NCBI GenBank assembly: GCA_965228215.1
Contig: OZ245800.1
Location: 1,599,939-1,663,938, forward strand
Length of the DNA stretch: 64,000 bases
DNA from: an uncultured Maricaulis sp.
Lineage (GTDB): Bacteria; Pseudomonadota; Alphaproteobacteria; Caulobacterales; Maricaulaceae
Direction of reading: 5' to 3'
Within the stretch, counting starts at the first letter, position 1. Each line of letters starts with the position of its first letter. Positions 9,725 through 19,470 of this stretch are shown one piece after another. Below the pieces are notes generated by a model. That model was not told the origin of the DNA and did not search any database. It saw only the letters and a list, made by a program, of their open reading frames with translations. Both the position numbers and the translations under genes were made by a program.

Positions 9725-10512
9725 GACATCTCTCCCTGGTCGAAGCGCACCGCTGCGCCCTGGCGGTCGCGGCTGGCAAGCGGAAGCTCAAGCGCCGCCG
9801 CGAGATCGAGGGCCAGCCCGGTCGGCGCTGATACTGTGGCAAGGCAGGCAGCGCCGAGACGGGCGGCCTTGAAGACAAGCTCGAAACTGCAGCGGCTGGA
9901 CAGGACCACGAAACCGGGTGTGGTTTCGCCACGCCGCAGGCGCGCGCCGACCAGTTTGTCGAGGGCATTGTGCCGGCCGACATCCTCGCGGATGTCGAGG
10001 ATCCGGCCGTCCAGATCGCACCAGGCTGCAGCGTGGACCGATCGTGTCTGCGCGTTCAAAGCCTGGGCTACTGGCAGGGCTTCGAATGCGGCTGCGATCG
10101 CGCTGTCGGTTACATCGATGCCGGGGCGTGCAGGCAAGGTGGGGCGATGCAGTTCGGCCAGGCGCTCCACACCGCACAGGCCGCAGCCAGTGCGCCCGTC
10201 GAGGGCGCGACGGCGGATACGGTCAGTCTGGAGCGCGTCGGGCGATGCCGTGACATCGGCGGTCATGCCCTCGGGCCAGGATTTCACCGCGACACGTTCG
10301 ATATCCTCTGCCGAGCGGATAGCTCCCTCAGTCAGGGCGAGCCCCACAGCCAGGTCCTCGAGATCGGCGGGTGTGGCCATCATCACGGTCCAGGCCTTGC
10401 CGTTGAAACCGATTTCGACGGGCACTTCCTCGGCAATACCCCATTCCGCCCCGGACTGGCCGGAGGCGGAGACGCCGGTGCGGCGGCTGGTTGAGGTCTG
10501 TACGAGGGTCAA
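9721..10512 (-). CDS. fdhD: formate dehydrogenase accessory sulfurtransferase FdhD/FdsC
   Basis: EEVPVEI; MMATPADLEDLAVG; TGCGLCG; VHAAA; EDVGRHNALDKL; SSRCSFELVFKAA; SAPTGLA. Start inferred at TTG 10512, just after the fdsA stop. Confidence 0.92.
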   Translation of the reverse strand: MTLVQTSTSRRTGVSASGQSGAEWGIAEEVPVEIGFNGKAWTVMMATPADLEDLAVGLALTEGAIRSAEDIERVAVKSWPEGMTADVTASPDALQTDRIRRRALDGRTGCGLCGVERLAELHRPTLPARPGIDVTDSAIAAAFEALPVAQALNAQTRSVHAAAWCDLDGRILDIREDVGRHNALDKLVGARLRRGETTPGFVVLSSRCSFELVFKAARLGAACLATVSAPTGLALDLAAALELPLASRDRQGAAVRFDQGEMS

Positions 10513-10519
10513 TCCACAC

Positions 10520-13357
10520 CTATTCCGCAGCCGGGGCGACACGGACCGTGTCATCGGCCCGTTTCTCGCGCTCGGACTGCCAGTCCGACGGCATGTTCGA
10601 GGGCGCGACCTCCACGGCCGTCACCTTGTATTCCGGGCAATTGGTCGCCCAGTCCGACAATTCGGTCGTGACGACATTCGCTGCGGATTCCGGATGGTGG
10701 AACGTCGTGTAGACCACGCCCGGCGGCATGCGGTCGGAGATCACCATGCGGATAGTGATGACGCCCTTGCGGCTGGACAAGGAAACCATGTCGCCCTCGG
10801 CGAGACCACGCATCTCGGCATCGGCCGCATGCATTTCCAGCACGTCCTCGTCATGCCAGACCGAGTTGGACGTGCGACGCGTCTGGGCGCCGACATTGTA
10901 TTGGCTGAGGATGCGGCCGGTGGTCAGAAGCAGCGGGAAGCGACGCGTCGATCTTTCCTCGGTTGGAATGAATTGCGTCAGCATGAACTGGCCCTTGCCG
11001 CGCACAAATCCGTCGACATGCATGATCGGCGTGCCCTCGGGCGCGGCGTCATTGCACGGCCATTGTACCGAGCCCTCGCGGTCCAGGCGGTCGAAGCTGA
11101 CACCGGCGAAGGTCGGGGTCAGGGCCGCGATCTCGTCCATGATGTCAGCCGCTGCGGCGTAGGGCATGTCGTAGCCCATGGCCCGGGCGAGGCGGCAGAC
11201 CGTCTCCCATTCCGAGAGGCCCTGTTTCTCGGGCATGGCCGGGCGCACGCGATTGATGCGGCGTTCCGCATTGATGAAGGTGCCGTCCTTCTCGAGGAAG
11301 GATGTGCCCGGCAGGAAGACGTGCGCAAACTGGGCCGTCTCGTTCAGGAAGAGATCCTGCACGACCACGCAGTCCATTTCGCGGAAGGCCGCGACCACAT
11401 GCTGGGTATTCGGGTCCGACTGGGCGAGGTCCTCGCCCTGGACGAAAATCCCCTTGAAGGACCCGTCGATGGCTGCCGAGAACATGTTGGGAATGCGAAG
11501 TCCCGGCTCATCGACCAGCGGTACGCCCCAATAGTCGGAGAACTGGCTGCGGGTCGCGCCGTCGGAGACATGGCGATAACCGGGGAATTCGTGTGGGAAG
11601 GAGCCCATGTCGCACGAGCCCTGGACATTGTTTTGCCCGCGCAGCGGATTCACGCCCACGCCCTCGCGGCCGATATTGCCGGTGGCCATGGCGAGATTGG
11701 CCATGCCCATCACCATGGACGAACCCTGGCTGTGCTCGGTCACGCCCAGACCGTAATAGATCGCGCCATTGCCGCCCGTGGCGTAGAGCCTGGCGGCCTG
11801 GCGCAGCGTCTCCGCCGGCACGCCGGACACATCCTCAACCGCTTCCGGTGAATTCTCGGGCCGGGCGATGAACTCGGCCCAGCGGCGATAACTGTCATCC
11901 TCGCAGCGTTGAGCGATGAAGGCCTCGTCGGCGAGGTTTTCCGTCACGATGACGTGGGCCAGCGCATTGATGACCGCGACATTGGTGCCCGGCTGCAGCT
12001 GAAGGTGATGCTGGGCCTCGATATGCGGTGAGCGAACAAGATCGATCCGGCGCGGATCGATGACGATCAGCTGCGCACCCTCCCGCAGACGGCGTTTCAT
12101 GCGCGAGGCAAAGACCGGGTGTGCATCGGTCGGATTGGCACCGATCACCAGGATCACGTCGGCCTTGGCGACCGATTTGAAATCCTGGGTGCCGGCCGAC
12201 GTGCCGAATGTGGTCTTCAGCCCGTATCCGGTCGGCGAGTGGCAGACCCGGGCGCAGGTGTCGACATTGTTGTTGCCGAAGGCCGCGCGGACCATTTTCT
12301 GCACGACATAGACTTCCTCATTCGTGCAGCGCGAGGAGGTCACGGCACCGATGGACGCCGGTCCGTGTTCGGCCTGGATTGCCCTGAACCGCTCGGCGGC
12401 AAAACCGATCGCCTCGTCCCAGCTTACTTCCCGCCAGGGATCGGTGATGCGGTCGCGGACCATCGGGCTGAGGACACGATCGGGATGGCTGGCATAACCC
12501 CAGGCGAAGCGGCCCTTCACGCAGGAATGGCCTTCATTGGCACCGCCATCGATATCGGGCGTCATGCGCACGACTTCATCACCCTGGAGTTCGGCGATGA
12601 AGGAACAGCCGACGCCGCAATAGGCGCAGGTCGTTTTCACCTCGCGTCGTGGCTGGCCCTGTTCCACGACGGATTTTTCCATCAGCGTCGCCGTCGGACA
12701 GGCCTGGACGCAGGCGCCGCAGGAGACGCATTCACTGTCCAGGAAACCCTCGTCCAGACCGGCCGAGATATGGGATTCGAAACCGCGTCCATCGACGGTC
12801 AGGGCCAGCGTGCCCTGGACCTCGTCGCAGGCCCGCACACAGCGCGAGCAGACGATGCATTTCGACGCGTCGAACTGGAAATAGGGATTGGAGGCGTCCA
12901 CACCCTCGGACAAATGGTTCTCGCCCTCGAAACCGTAGCGCACCTCGCGCAGCCCGACCTCGCCGGCCGTGTCCTGCAGTTCGCAATCGCCATTGGCCGA
13001 ACAGGTCAGGCAATCCAGCGGATGATCCGAGATATAGAGTTCCATGATGCCGCGCCGCAGGGATTGCAGCCGGTCGGTCTGGGTCTGGACCTTGATACCC
13101 TCGGCGACAGGCGTCGTGCACGAGGAGGGCGTGCCCTTGCGACCCTCGATCTCGACGAGACACATGCGGCAGGAGCCGAACTCCTTCAGCGTGTCCGTGG
13201 CGCAAAGCTTGGGAATACGGCTACCGGCCTCGGATGCGGCACGCATGATGGACGTGCCTTCGGGAACCGTGACCGAATGCCCGTCGATCTCCAGCGTGAC
13301 CTGGCGGTCAGCGGATTTGGCGGGCGTTCCGTGATCATTCTGTCTGCGGCTTGCCAT
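10520..13357 (-). CDS. fdsA: NAD-dependent Mo formate dehydrogenase alpha subunit
   Basis: N-terminal [2Fe-2S] (CAT...GSCRMC...C); HPLDCLTC; CIVCSRCVRAC; CVSCGACVQAC; TCAYCGVGC; catalytic Cys in DTCARVCH; RGQNNVQG; PEYKVTAV. Start at ATG 13357. Confidence 0.96.
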   Translation of the reverse strand: MASRRQNDHGTPAKSADRQVTLEIDGHSVTVPEGTSIMRAASEAGSRIPKLCATDTLKEFGSCRMCLVEIEGRKGTPSSCTTPVAEGIKVQTQTDRLQSLRRGIMELYISDHPLDCLTCSANGDCELQDTAGEVGLREVRYGFEGENHLSEGVDASNPYFQFDASKCIVCSRCVRACDEVQGTLALTVDGRGFESHISAGLDEGFLDSECVSCGACVQACPTATLMEKSVVEQGQPRREVKTTCAYCGVGCSFIAELQGDEVVRMTPDIDGGANEGHSCVKGRFAWGYASHPDRVLSPMVRDRITDPWREVSWDEAIGFAAERFRAIQAEHGPASIGAVTSSRCTNEEVYVVQKMVRAAFGNNNVDTCARVCHSPTGYGLKTTFGTSAGTQDFKSVAKADVILVIGANPTDAHPVFASRMKRRLREGAQLIVIDPRRIDLVRSPHIEAQHHLQLQPGTNVAVINALAHVIVTENLADEAFIAQRCEDDSYRRWAEFIARPENSPEAVEDVSGVPAETLRQAARLYATGGNGAIYYGLGVTEHSQGSSMVMGMANLAMATGNIGREGVGVNPLRGQNNVQGSCDMGSFPHEFPGYRHVSDGATRSQFSDYWGVPLVDEPGLRIPNMFSAAIDGSFKGIFVQGEDLAQSDPNTQHVVAAFREMDCVVVQDLFLNETAQFAHVFLPGTSFLEKDGTFINAERRINRVRPAMPEKQGLSEWETVCRLARAMGYDMPYAAAADIMDEIAALTPTFAGVSFDRLDREGSVQWPCNDAAPEGTPIMHVDGFVRGKGQFMLTQFIPTEERSTRRFPLLLTTGRILSQYNVGAQTRRTSNSVWHDEDVLEMHAADAEMRGLAEGDMVSLSSRKGVITIRMVISDRMPPGVVYTTFHHPESAANVVTTELSDWATNCPEYKVTAVEVAPSNMPSDWQSEREKRADDTVRVAPAAE

Positions 13358-13361
13358 GATC

Positions 13362-14906
13362 CTATCCAGCCTCCGTTTCCGGGGTGCGGGTCCGGAAATC
13401 CTCCGGGAAGTGCCGCAGGGCACTCATCACCGGCATCGGTGTGAGACCGCCCATCGCGCACAGGGAGCCGTCCGCCATGATGGTGCAGAGCTCCTCGACG
13501 AGTTCGAGATTAGCCTCGACATTCTCGCCGGCCCGGATCTTCGCAATCGTTTCGTGTCCGCGCACCGAACCGATACGGCAGGGCGTGCACTTGCCGCAGC
13601 TTTCCTCGGCACAGAATTCCATGGCGAACTCGGCCTGGCGGGCCATGTCCACTCTGTCGTCGAACACCACTATACCACCATGACCCAGCATCGCCCCGGC
13701 GGCCGCAAAGGTCTCGTAGTCGGTGGCCAGGTCCAGCCCGTCGGCCGGCAGATAGGCACCGAGCGGGCCGCCAACCTGAACGGCGCGGACCGGACGTCCG
13801 GACAGCGTCCCGCCGCCGAACTCCTCGATCAGGGTTTTCAGGCTGATGCCGAACGGCGCCTCGAAGAGCCCGCCCCGGCGGATATTGCCGGCGAGCTGGA
13901 AGGCCTGCGTGCCGCGTGACCGGCCCTCACCGAGGGCGGCGTAGGCGTCGGCACCCTCCGCGAGAATGCTGGGCACGCTGGCGAGGGTGAGCACATTGTT
14001 GACGATGGTCGGCTTGCCGAAGAGGCCCTCCAGGGCCGGGATCGGCGGTTTCGCCCGCACCTGTCCGCGCTTGCCCTCGAGGCTTTCGAGCATGGCGCTT
14101 TCCTCGCCGCACACATACGACCCCGCGCCGCGGCGCAATTCGATATGAAAGGCGCGGCCGGATCCGAAAATATCATCACCCAGCGCGCCCCGGCTTTCCC
14201 ACGCCGCGAGCGCCTCGCGCATGGTCTCGATGGCGTGCGGGTATTCCGATCGCAGATAGATGAAGCCGTGGGTCGCGCCGACAGCGAGGCCGGCGATCAC
14301 CATGCCCTCGATCAGCGAGGATGGGTCGCCTTCCATCAGCATGCGGTCGGCGAACGTGCCGCTATCGCCCTCATCGGCATTGCAGCAGATGAATTTCTGG
14401 TCTGCCTGTGCCCCGGCGGCCGTCTTCCACTTGATACCGGCCGGGAAGCCCGCGCCACCGCGGCCGCGAAGCCCCGACTCGGTGACGATGGAGACGATGT
14501 CGGCCGGGTCGATCGCGAGCGCCTTGCGCAGGCCCGACAGCCCGCCGGTCGCTTCATAGGCTTCCAGGTCGACGGGATCGATCAGGCCGCAGCGCTGGAA
14601 CAGGAGACGGGTCTGGGCCTTCATCCAGGGCAGGTCGTCGATCGGGCCCAGCGCGCGGGGATGATCTGCCGGAAAGTTTCCGGCGACCAGTTCGCTCGCC
14701 TCGGCCGGGGTCAGCGGGCCATACCCGTGGCGGCGGCCGTCGCGTTCGATCTCCAGCATCGGTTCGAGCCACAACATGCCGCGCGAACCGGTCCGCACAA
14801 GCTGGATATCCCCGCCGGCATCCTGGAGCGCGCGGGCGACATCATCCGCACCGACGGACAGGGCCGCGGCATCGCGCGGCAGATAGAGGCGTTGCGGCTC
14901 AGCCAT
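13362..14906 (-). CDS. fdsB: formate dehydrogenase beta subunit (NuoF-like, FMN/NADH binding)
   Basis: GLRGRGGAGFP; CNADEGDSGTFADR; GAGSYVCGEE; ESCGKCTPCRIG...LCAMG. Start at ATG 14906. Confidence 0.95.
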   Translation of the reverse strand: MAEPQRLYLPRDAAALSVGADDVARALQDAGGDIQLVRTGSRGMLWLEPMLEIERDGRRHGYGPLTPAEASELVAGNFPADHPRALGPIDDLPWMKAQTRLLFQRCGLIDPVDLEAYEATGGLSGLRKALAIDPADIVSIVTESGLRGRGGAGFPAGIKWKTAAGAQADQKFICCNADEGDSGTFADRMLMEGDPSSLIEGMVIAGLAVGATHGFIYLRSEYPHAIETMREALAAWESRGALGDDIFGSGRAFHIELRRGAGSYVCGEESAMLESLEGKRGQVRAKPPIPALEGLFGKPTIVNNVLTLASVPSILAEGADAYAALGEGRSRGTQAFQLAGNIRRGGLFEAPFGISLKTLIEEFGGGTLSGRPVRAVQVGGPLGAYLPADGLDLATDYETFAAAGAMLGHGGIVVFDDRVDMARQAEFAMEFCAEESCGKCTPCRIGSVRGHETIAKIRAGENVEANLELVEELCTIMADGSLCAMGGLTPMPVMSALRHFPEDFRTRTPETEAG

Positions 14907-15330
14907 GTTCGCGCTCCGCATGCCGGGTCTGGAGGAGGTCCGCCGTGGCGCGCCCGATCAGGCGGTCGCCGACGAGGGCAGCCGGGCCCAGCGCGCAATT
15001 GCCGAGACAGAACACGGTTTCCAGCGGAATGCCGCGTTTTTCCAGCTCGCTGGCCAGGGCTTCACTGCCCACGGCCTGGCAGGCTTCGGCACGGCACAGT
15101 CTGACCGGCTCATCTGCCGGACGGTCGATCCGGAAATCGGTGTAGAAACTGCGTACGCCATGAATTTCGGCGCGCGACAGGTTCAGACGCTCCGCGATGA
15201 CTCGTGCAGCATCGTCCGAAACGGAACCGCATTCGGACTGCAGGTCGTGAAAGATTTCTAGCAATGCGTCGGCTCGGTGATCGTACTTTGCGCACAATCG
15301 CTCAGCCGCGCCGGTATCGTCGCGCGACAA
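14899..15330 (-). CDS. fdsG: formate dehydrogenase gamma subunit (NuoE-like [2Fe-2S])
   Basis: LSRAEIHGVRSFY; LCRAEACQAVG; VFCLGNCALGP. TTG start with GGGGAG upstream. Confidence 0.93.
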   Translation of the reverse strand: MSRDDTGAAERLCAKYDHRADALLEIFHDLQSECGSVSDDAARVIAERLNLSRAEIHGVRSFYTDFRIDRPADEPVRLCRAEACQAVGSEALASELEKRGIPLETVFCLGNCALGPAALVGDRLIGRATADLLQTRHAEREHG

Positions 15331-15494
15331 GCCTCACTCCCCGGATATTTATCTCGTTGCGCGCAGCATACCGCGCTTTCGGGCGATGGAAATGGGGGAA
15401 GTGACCTATACGTCAACTCCGTGATTATTCCGGGGTTAGTGGCCCATTTTTGCGGTGGCGTAAAAGAACCAGTTGGTCAAACAGGCAGGGCGAG

Positions 15495-15509
15495 GTTATA
15501 TTATATAAC
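15495..15509. promoter_or_regulatory. perfect AT-rich palindrome (putative operator) in the fdsG / XRE divergent spacer
   Basis: GTTATAT-T-ATATAAC, 46 nt upstream of the first XRE gene. Confidence 0.5.
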
Positions 15510-15555
15510 ATGCCGGAAACCCGGCTGGCGTTCCGTCGCGTTACGGAGATGCCTC

Positions 15556-16200
15556 ATGGCGACAATGGCTATCGAAGCCGGCAGCCGGGAGATCCACTGG
15601 CCTTCCGTGATCCGGCATTACAGACTCTCCAAGGGTCTGCAACAGGCGGCTCTCGCCCGCGATCTCAATGTGACCCAGACCATGGTGTCGCGCTGGGAGG
15701 CGGGTGTTTCTGCACCCAGCCTGCGCATCCGCGAAAGCCTGTTCGACCTGATCTGGGCCGACACGTCCAGCCTGTCCCGGGACGTCTGGCTGGACCGTAT
15801 CCGCCGCCATCCTGCCATCGCGCTGGTTGTCGATGATCGCGGCCTGCAGGTTGCGGCGAGCCGCGGTCTGCTGCGCAGTCTCAAGGTGATGCGGACAGAT
15901 ATCGAGATGCGTTACCTGCACGAATCCTTCCGGGGTGATTTCGTCGACCTGTTCGATGCGTTGTGCGCGTCGGGGCTGTTCGAGGGGCGGGTTGCGTCGG
16001 CCGAAAGCGTCGACCTGTTGCAGTTCACCGGACCGGATGCCCGCCTGAAGCGGATCTATTCACACGGTCTGCACCGTCCGGTCTTCATGTCTCACCAGAC
16101 CATTCTCTGGCTGGCCTCCGGTGCCGAGGTAAGCCGGGAGATCGCCCGGGATGTCCGCAGGAAACTCGGCCGGAAAATGTTGATCCGGAGGGCGGTCTGA
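15556..16200 (+). CDS. XRE-HTH/PAS-like regulator, tandem paralog 1
   Basis: WPSVIRHYRLSKGLQQAALARDLNVTQTMVSRWEAG; PAIALVVDDRG PAS-like start. Start inferred at ATG 15556 (or 15565). Confidence 0.85.
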   Translation: MATMAIEAGSREIHWPSVIRHYRLSKGLQQAALARDLNVTQTMVSRWEAGVSAPSLRIRESLFDLIWADTSSLSRDVWLDRIRRHPAIALVVDDRGLQVAASRGLLRSLKVMRTDIEMRYLHESFRGDFVDLFDALCASGLFEGRVASAESVDLLQFTGPDARLKRIYSHGLHRPVFMSHQTILWLASGAEVSREIARDVRRKLGRKMLIRRAV

Positions 16201-16847
16201 TGGGGTCAGAGCACGACGACCTGGTTGAAGCGGAGATTGCCGACTGGCCGGAGCGCCTCCGCCAGTACCGGCGCATCCGCAAGCTCAAGCAATCATCCCT
16301 GGCCGAGGATCTGGGCGTGACGCAGGCGATGATCTCTCGCTGGGAATCCGGCCGGGCCCAGCCGGGGCAGGCGATGCGGGCGCGGCTGGGCGAACTGACC
16401 GAGCCCGACCCGGCCGCAGCGCCGATGGTCGGCTGGCGGGATTTCGTGCGGCAGAACCCGACCATGGCCGGCGTGGTCGACGAGACGGGCATCATCGAAA
16501 CGGTCAGCGAGGGCGTCCTGCGCGAGATCGGTGTGGGCCGCGGCGAGATCGAGGGACGACACATCGCCGACATACTGGAAGGCGATTTCATCGCCCTGTT
16601 CGACCGATTGAGCGCCGAGGGTCTTTTCGAGGGGAAGATCGCCGGCGCCGAGACTGCCAGCACGGTCTGCTTCCGGCGCTCGTCCGGCGGCATGACCCGC
16701 CTGTACGTGCACGGTCTGCACTGGTCCAGGCAGGCCGAGGATGGCCGTATTCGGTGGATTGCCTGCGGCGCACCGGTGGATGAAGAGGAATTTCTAAGCC
16801 TGTGTAGTGACTTGGGCGGGCAAATAGAGATAATCTCAAAAAGATAA
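16200..16847 (+). CDS. XRE-HTH/PAS-like regulator, tandem paralog 2
   Basis: WPERLRQYRRIRKLKQSSLAEDLGVTQAMISRWESG; PTMAGVVDETG. TGATG overlap with paralog 1. Confidence 0.85.
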   Translation: MGSEHDDLVEAEIADWPERLRQYRRIRKLKQSSLAEDLGVTQAMISRWESGRAQPGQAMRARLGELTEPDPAAAPMVGWRDFVRQNPTMAGVVDETGIIETVSEGVLREIGVGRGEIEGRHIADILEGDFIALFDRLSAEGLFEGKIAGAETASTVCFRRSSGGMTRLYVHGLHWSRQAEDGRIRWIACGAPVDEEEFLSLCSDLGGQIEIISKR

Positions 16848-16867
16848 GGACCCGAGGGGGGCCGATT

Positions 16868-17512
16868 TTGGTTGATGACATCAATCTGCCGGTTTCATCG
16901 AATAAGGTGAACTGGCCTTCGGTGATCCGGAATTTCCGGATGTCCAAGCGCCTCAAGCAAGCGGCGCTGGCAGCCGATCTAGTTGTGACCCAGGCCATGA
17001 TCTCACGTTGGGAAAACGGGGAATCCGAACCTCCTGAGCGTGTGAAGCGCCGGATGAGCGAGCTTGTCCAGGACGCGTTCGTGGTGGCGCCTGCGCCCAC
17101 CTGGGTGGACCTGGTCTCCATGAATCCCGCAATCGAATTCGTCACGGATTCCATGGGCATGCTGAAAGCGATCTCGCGCGGCGCGCTAGATCTTCTTGGC
17201 ATGGAGCGCGAACAGATCGAGGGTCGGCAGATCAAGCAATTCATCGGCGGGGATTTCGCCCAGGCCATGGACACGATCCGCGACAAGGGCATGTTCCAGA
17301 ACAATCTCGCCTTCGCCCAGAGCCTCGGCAAGATCGAGATCAATGTGCCGTCCGGCCTGCGCACCGAATTGATGGACTTCATCCACTGGCCGCGCATCTC
17401 GCAGGCCCGCTCGACCTATTGCGTGCACTCGGCGGCGGTCCTGACCGAGCAGCAATATACCCAGCGCCTCCAGCAGCGCGGCGAGAAGGTGACGTCGCGC
17501 CAGACGTTCTGA
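16868..17512 (+). CDS. XRE-HTH/PAS-like regulator, tandem paralog 3
   Basis: WPSVIRNFRMSKRLKQAALAADLVVTQAMISRWENG; PAIEFVTDSMG...LLGMEREQIEGRQI PAS-like motif. TTG start with GAGGGGG upstream. Confidence 0.85.
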   Translation: MVDDINLPVSSNKVNWPSVIRNFRMSKRLKQAALAADLVVTQAMISRWENGESEPPERVKRRMSELVQDAFVVAPAPTWVDLVSMNPAIEFVTDSMGMLKAISRGALDLLGMEREQIEGRQIKQFIGGDFAQAMDTIRDKGMFQNNLAFAQSLGKIEINVPSGLRTELMDFIHWPRISQARSTYCVHSAAVLTEQQYTQRLQQRGEKVTSRQTF

Positions 17513-17531
17513 TCCCCGTCATCACGGCATG

Positions 17532-17561
17532 AAAAAGGGCGGCTCGCGGGCCGCCCTTTTC
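17532..17561. terminator. bidirectional intrinsic terminator
   Basis: AAAAGGGCGGC-tcgcgg-GCCGCCCTTTT between the converging XRE3 and M28 peptidase genes. Confidence 0.85.
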
Positions 17562-17581
17562 CGTTGGTCGCGTGGGCGACC

Positions 17582-19282
17582 CTATTCGGCGCGCTGCTCG
17601 TCGCGGAGGGCGCGGAATTCATTGCCCTCATACCAGTTCGGCCAGTCTTCCGAATTGGCGATGCGCGAACCGACATTGAAGAACAGGGTCACGTCCTCGA
17701 CCATGCCTTCCATGTTCCAGGACGGATCGTATTCATCGCCCGGTGCGTGATAGCGGTTGGCGCGGTAATCGGCGCCCATCGCGGCGCCGGCTTCATTACC
17801 GCCTTCGCGCAGGTCGAAACCACCATCGGCATACAGCATCGGCACGCCCTGCTTGGCGAGCGAGATGTGATCCGAGCGGTAGAAATAGCCGGCTTCCGGG
17901 TTCGGGTCCGGCACGATGTAGCGGTCCTGGGCGGCGGCTTCCTCGGTGAGGATGTCCTCGAGCTCGGACGCGCCATAACCCACAACGACCACGTCGGCAG
18001 ACCGGCCGGTCGGCAGCATGGCGTCGATATTGATACCGCTGACCGTGTCGCGCAGCGGCACGATCGGGTTTACGCCGTAATAGGCCGAGCCCAGCAGACC
18101 GGATTCCTCGGCGGTGACGGCCAGGATCATGATGGAACGCTCGGGCGGATTGGCTGCGAAGGCCTCACCGATCTCGAGGATTGCGGCGGTACCCGTCGCA
18201 TTGTCGACGGCGCCGTTATAGATGTGGTCCTCGGTGTCGAAGCGCAGGCGCTCACCGATATGGTCCCAGTGCGCCGTGTAGAGCACGTATTCGTCCGGAC
18301 GCTCGGTACCGCGGACGACGCCCACGACATTCCGGCTGTCCATGGTGCGCGTGGTATTGCGCAGCGTTCCTGACGCGGTCAGGCCATTCATCGGTACGGC
18401 TTCGAAACCCGGCTGGGATGCAGCGGCGGTCAGGGCGTCGAAATCGAGGCCGGAGAGATCGAAGAGACGGCGTGCCGCACCCTCGGAAATCCAGCTCTCG
18501 ACGCCGGCAAACGTGCCTTCACCCGGCTCGCGGGCCAGGTCCAGCTGGGAGCCTGACCAGGAGCCCGACACCACGTTCCAGCCATAGGAGGCCGGTTCGG
18601 TCTGGTGGATGACGATGACGCCGTCGGCGCCCTGGCGTGCGGCTTCCTCGAACTTGTACGTCCAGCGGCCGTAATAGGTCATGGCGCGGCCATTGAAGAT
18701 GCCGGCGTCCGGATTGGCGAAACCGGGATCATTGACCAGCATGACCACCGTCTTGCCCTCGGCATCGACGCCTTCATAGTCATTCCAGCCATATTCCGGA
18801 GCGACGACGCCATAGCCGACGAAGACCAGTTCGGTGTCGGTGATCGAGACTTCATCATCGGCGCGCTTGGTCCAGTAGACGACATCCTCGCCCATTTCGA
18901 AGCCGAGCGGTTCGCCATTGTGAGAGATGTCGAAACCGGAATTCTCACCGTCCAGTGTCACTTCCAGCAGGGAGACCGGCTGGAAATAGCTGTCGCCATA
19001 TCCCGGTTCCAGGCCAATGCGGACCATTTCGTCGGCGATCCACTGGCTGGACTGGACGCCGCCTTCCGTGGCGGGTGCCCGCCCCGCGAAAGCGTCATCA
19101 GCCAGGGTGGAAATGCGCATGCGCAGATCCGCTTCATTGATGTCGGACGTAGAAGTGACCGCGGCGCTCTCCGTTCCGGCCGGAGCCGCTTCCGGGGCGT
19201 CGGCGGTGTCGGTGCCGGCAGGCTGCGAACAAGCCGCAAGCGTGAAGCCGCCGATAAGGGCAGCGTAAAGTGTGGATTTCAT
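17582..19282 (-). CDS. M28 family metallopeptidase lipoprotein with PA domain
   Basis: Lipobox LAAC; GRAPATEG; FVGYGVVAPEYGWNDY PA domain; TAHWDH; NGAVDNATG; TAEESGLLGS; YYRSDH-like YFYRSDH; YHAPGD. Confidence 0.9.
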   Translation of the reverse strand: MKSTLYAALIGGFTLAACSQPAGTDTADAPEAAPAGTESAAVTSTSDINEADLRMRISTLADDAFAGRAPATEGGVQSSQWIADEMVRIGLEPGYGDSYFQPVSLLEVTLDGENSGFDISHNGEPLGFEMGEDVVYWTKRADDEVSITDTELVFVGYGVVAPEYGWNDYEGVDAEGKTVVMLVNDPGFANPDAGIFNGRAMTYYGRWTYKFEEAARQGADGVIVIHQTEPASYGWNVVSGSWSGSQLDLAREPGEGTFAGVESWISEGAARRLFDLSGLDFDALTAAASQPGFEAVPMNGLTASGTLRNTTRTMDSRNVVGVVRGTERPDEYVLYTAHWDHIGERLRFDTEDHIYNGAVDNATGTAAILEIGEAFAANPPERSIMILAVTAEESGLLGSAYYGVNPIVPLRDTVSGINIDAMLPTGRSADVVVVGYGASELEDILTEEAAAQDRYIVPDPNPEAGYFYRSDHISLAKQGVPMLYADGGFDLREGGNEAGAAMGADYRANRYHAPGDEYDPSWNMEGMVEDVTLFFNVGSRIANSEDWPNWYEGNEFRALRDEQRAE

Positions 19283-19470
19283 ATTCTTCCCCAAGATCAT
19301 GCATCAAGCATTGCGGCTATCCTGCACTCGTAGGCCTGACTGGCAAGACTCTGGCGACAGACGTCTGAAGTGATTGGGATTTGACCAAACCTGAATGGTC
19401 ATTCATGTTTGCCTCTTGCGACATCCGCTGCACTGTCCCTAGAGTGGCGGCACAAAACAGGGGAGAGAGA

